From Lytechinus pictus (lineage: Eukaryota): 64,000 nt of DNA. Below the pieces are notes generated by a model. The model was given only the letters and a program-made list of their open reading frames with translations, made no database searches and was not told the DNA's origin. The stretch is taken from positions 41,232,001-41,296,000 of the forward strand of contig NC_087245.1 of the NCBI RefSeq assembly GCF_037042905.1. The letters are read 5' to 3'. The position numbers and the translations under genes are program-made. Shown here piece after piece: positions 62,435 through 64,000 of the stretch (position 1 is the stretch's first letter; each line of letters opens with the position of its first letter).

Positions 62435-64000
62435 CGTACGAACCTTTTTGCAACCTTTTATGAACCTTTTGCAACCTTTTACAAACCCTGGCGAAGTCTC
62501 GAATTCGCTTCCGTTCGCAAGCATTCGCCGCACAGTGAAACTCTTGTGTGAATGGTCGTATGCATAATTCCCTGGAAGATTTTTTTTGTTGGTTATTTCA
62601 AGCACAATAAATGTTACTACCAAAGAGTTGTTCTCCCTTCTAATACTGATTATTCATTCTTTTTCCCTGTGGTAGTTTTCTTCTTATTTCATTCACTCTA
62701 CAAAAATTTTTTGTTGCGAAAATACTCAAGAGCAAATGGTACATTACGGCACTGTGGGTAATACCCGATAGAGAACTATTGCCAAAGCATGTTAAAATTA
62801 TTATTTTATGGTTCCGTTGATAAAATAGTTTAACGTATAAATACTTATTTCGACCTACATTTATTGCAAAAAGCTACTTTATTTATAAAACACTTCATAA
62901 TTATTTCGTCTTATTGTTATTCTTCATCTCTGTTTTTTCCTTCATTTTCTTCAATTTTCCCTTTCCTCTTCTTATTTGTTTTAAATTAATTTCATTGTAA
63001 TAATCTTTATTAATATCGACAGACTGTGCTTACAATTTATTATAATCAATTATACTCATATTTCATGTTAAATAGTTCACATAGTTTGTAATCTTATGTA
63101 ACGACAATTTTCAAATTTACCTGATATCCAAAGTATATAAATACCAATGACTCTGTTGATAATTTTCTGGCTAAGGATTCGTTTTGAACCTGAAAACACG
63201 TTCCATTCGTTGAGATGTTATTTTCTCTTCGTTATTTTGTCTTCATACACTGTCATGGTTCTAAGTATTTAACAGTTGATATCGAACATGAGTGACTGTA
63301 TACAGCCTATCCTTTGTATATAATGGGTTTAAAATACATCTGAAAGCATTGAAAAATACACTCTTGAGGCAATTACATGATGCTTTAACATTAAACAGAT
63401 TAATATAACGCACGCCTCGTCGACATACATTGTGATATAAAGAGAATATAACCGGGCGCTTTAATTAGGCCTTTCGAGGGCAATAAAAAGCTGACAGGCG
63501 ACAGCATATTTATCAACGTATTTGTACGATTCGTGGTAGTATTGTACGTGATAGCGGTTACATGGACATAAATCACCCTGGCGTCAGACTTCACAGAAAC
63601 AAATTTTTGACATACTGTAAAATGCCACAATTATTTATCAAAACGGTTCTAACATTTTAGAGAAACTTCCCTTTCTCTCATCACTAATAGCTGGATCCGA
63701 ATTTGTCGAATGATCACTGATGGAAAGCATAATCGCATGTGTAATGATTTGATTGTGGAATTCAGTATGCACTAAACTATTGTTACTTAAAACGTATTAA
63801 TTCAACATTATGCAATATTAATGACAGTTGGTACTCCACGCTTCATTCGTGTATTGCAATAGATGGTCCGGTGGAAAGCTATATGTTTTCCCCCTTTTCC
63901 CCGAAATGAATTTTGTTTATTGCAAAGCAAGCGACTTGGATGAACGCCAATGATCCGCAGATAAATCGGCTCCTCGGAAACACATTCATTTGCAGAGTTT

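Overview
AT-rich, repeat-dense eukaryotic (animal) DNA. The repeat types suggest an invertebrate deuterostome such as a sea urchin; that assignment is inference, not proof. The only gene I recognise is the 3' half of MRTO4 (mRNA turnover 4 / Mrt4, ribosome assembly) on the + strand: four exons (1-18, 772-923, 2445-2521, 3749-3883) with canonical GT-AG sites that splice in frame. The remaining ~60 kb has no recognisable protein-coding exon, and its long ORFs are microsatellite artefacts. It contains non-autonomous DNA transposons with clear TIRs and TSDs (Kolobok-, hAT-, PIF/Harbinger-, Tc1/mariner-, CACTA-, P-like, plus a Helentron/HINE), three tRNA-derived SINE families, LINE 3' fragments, long microsatellites and unusual composite tandem arrays. 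Most notable: (1) two Penelope-like terminal fragments carrying minimal hammerhead-ribozyme motifs as inverted pairs, one a ~126-nt near-perfect hairpin with a ribozyme motif on each strand (30090-30215); (2) a three-level nested transposon whose empty sites can be checked inside this window (8755-9928); (3) an array of eight conserved ~75-bp cores separated by variable GGT/GAT spacers (15.7-17.6 kb); (4) a unique multi-stem candidate structured RNA (50834-50963). All coordinates were read by eye; no database search or folding program was run.
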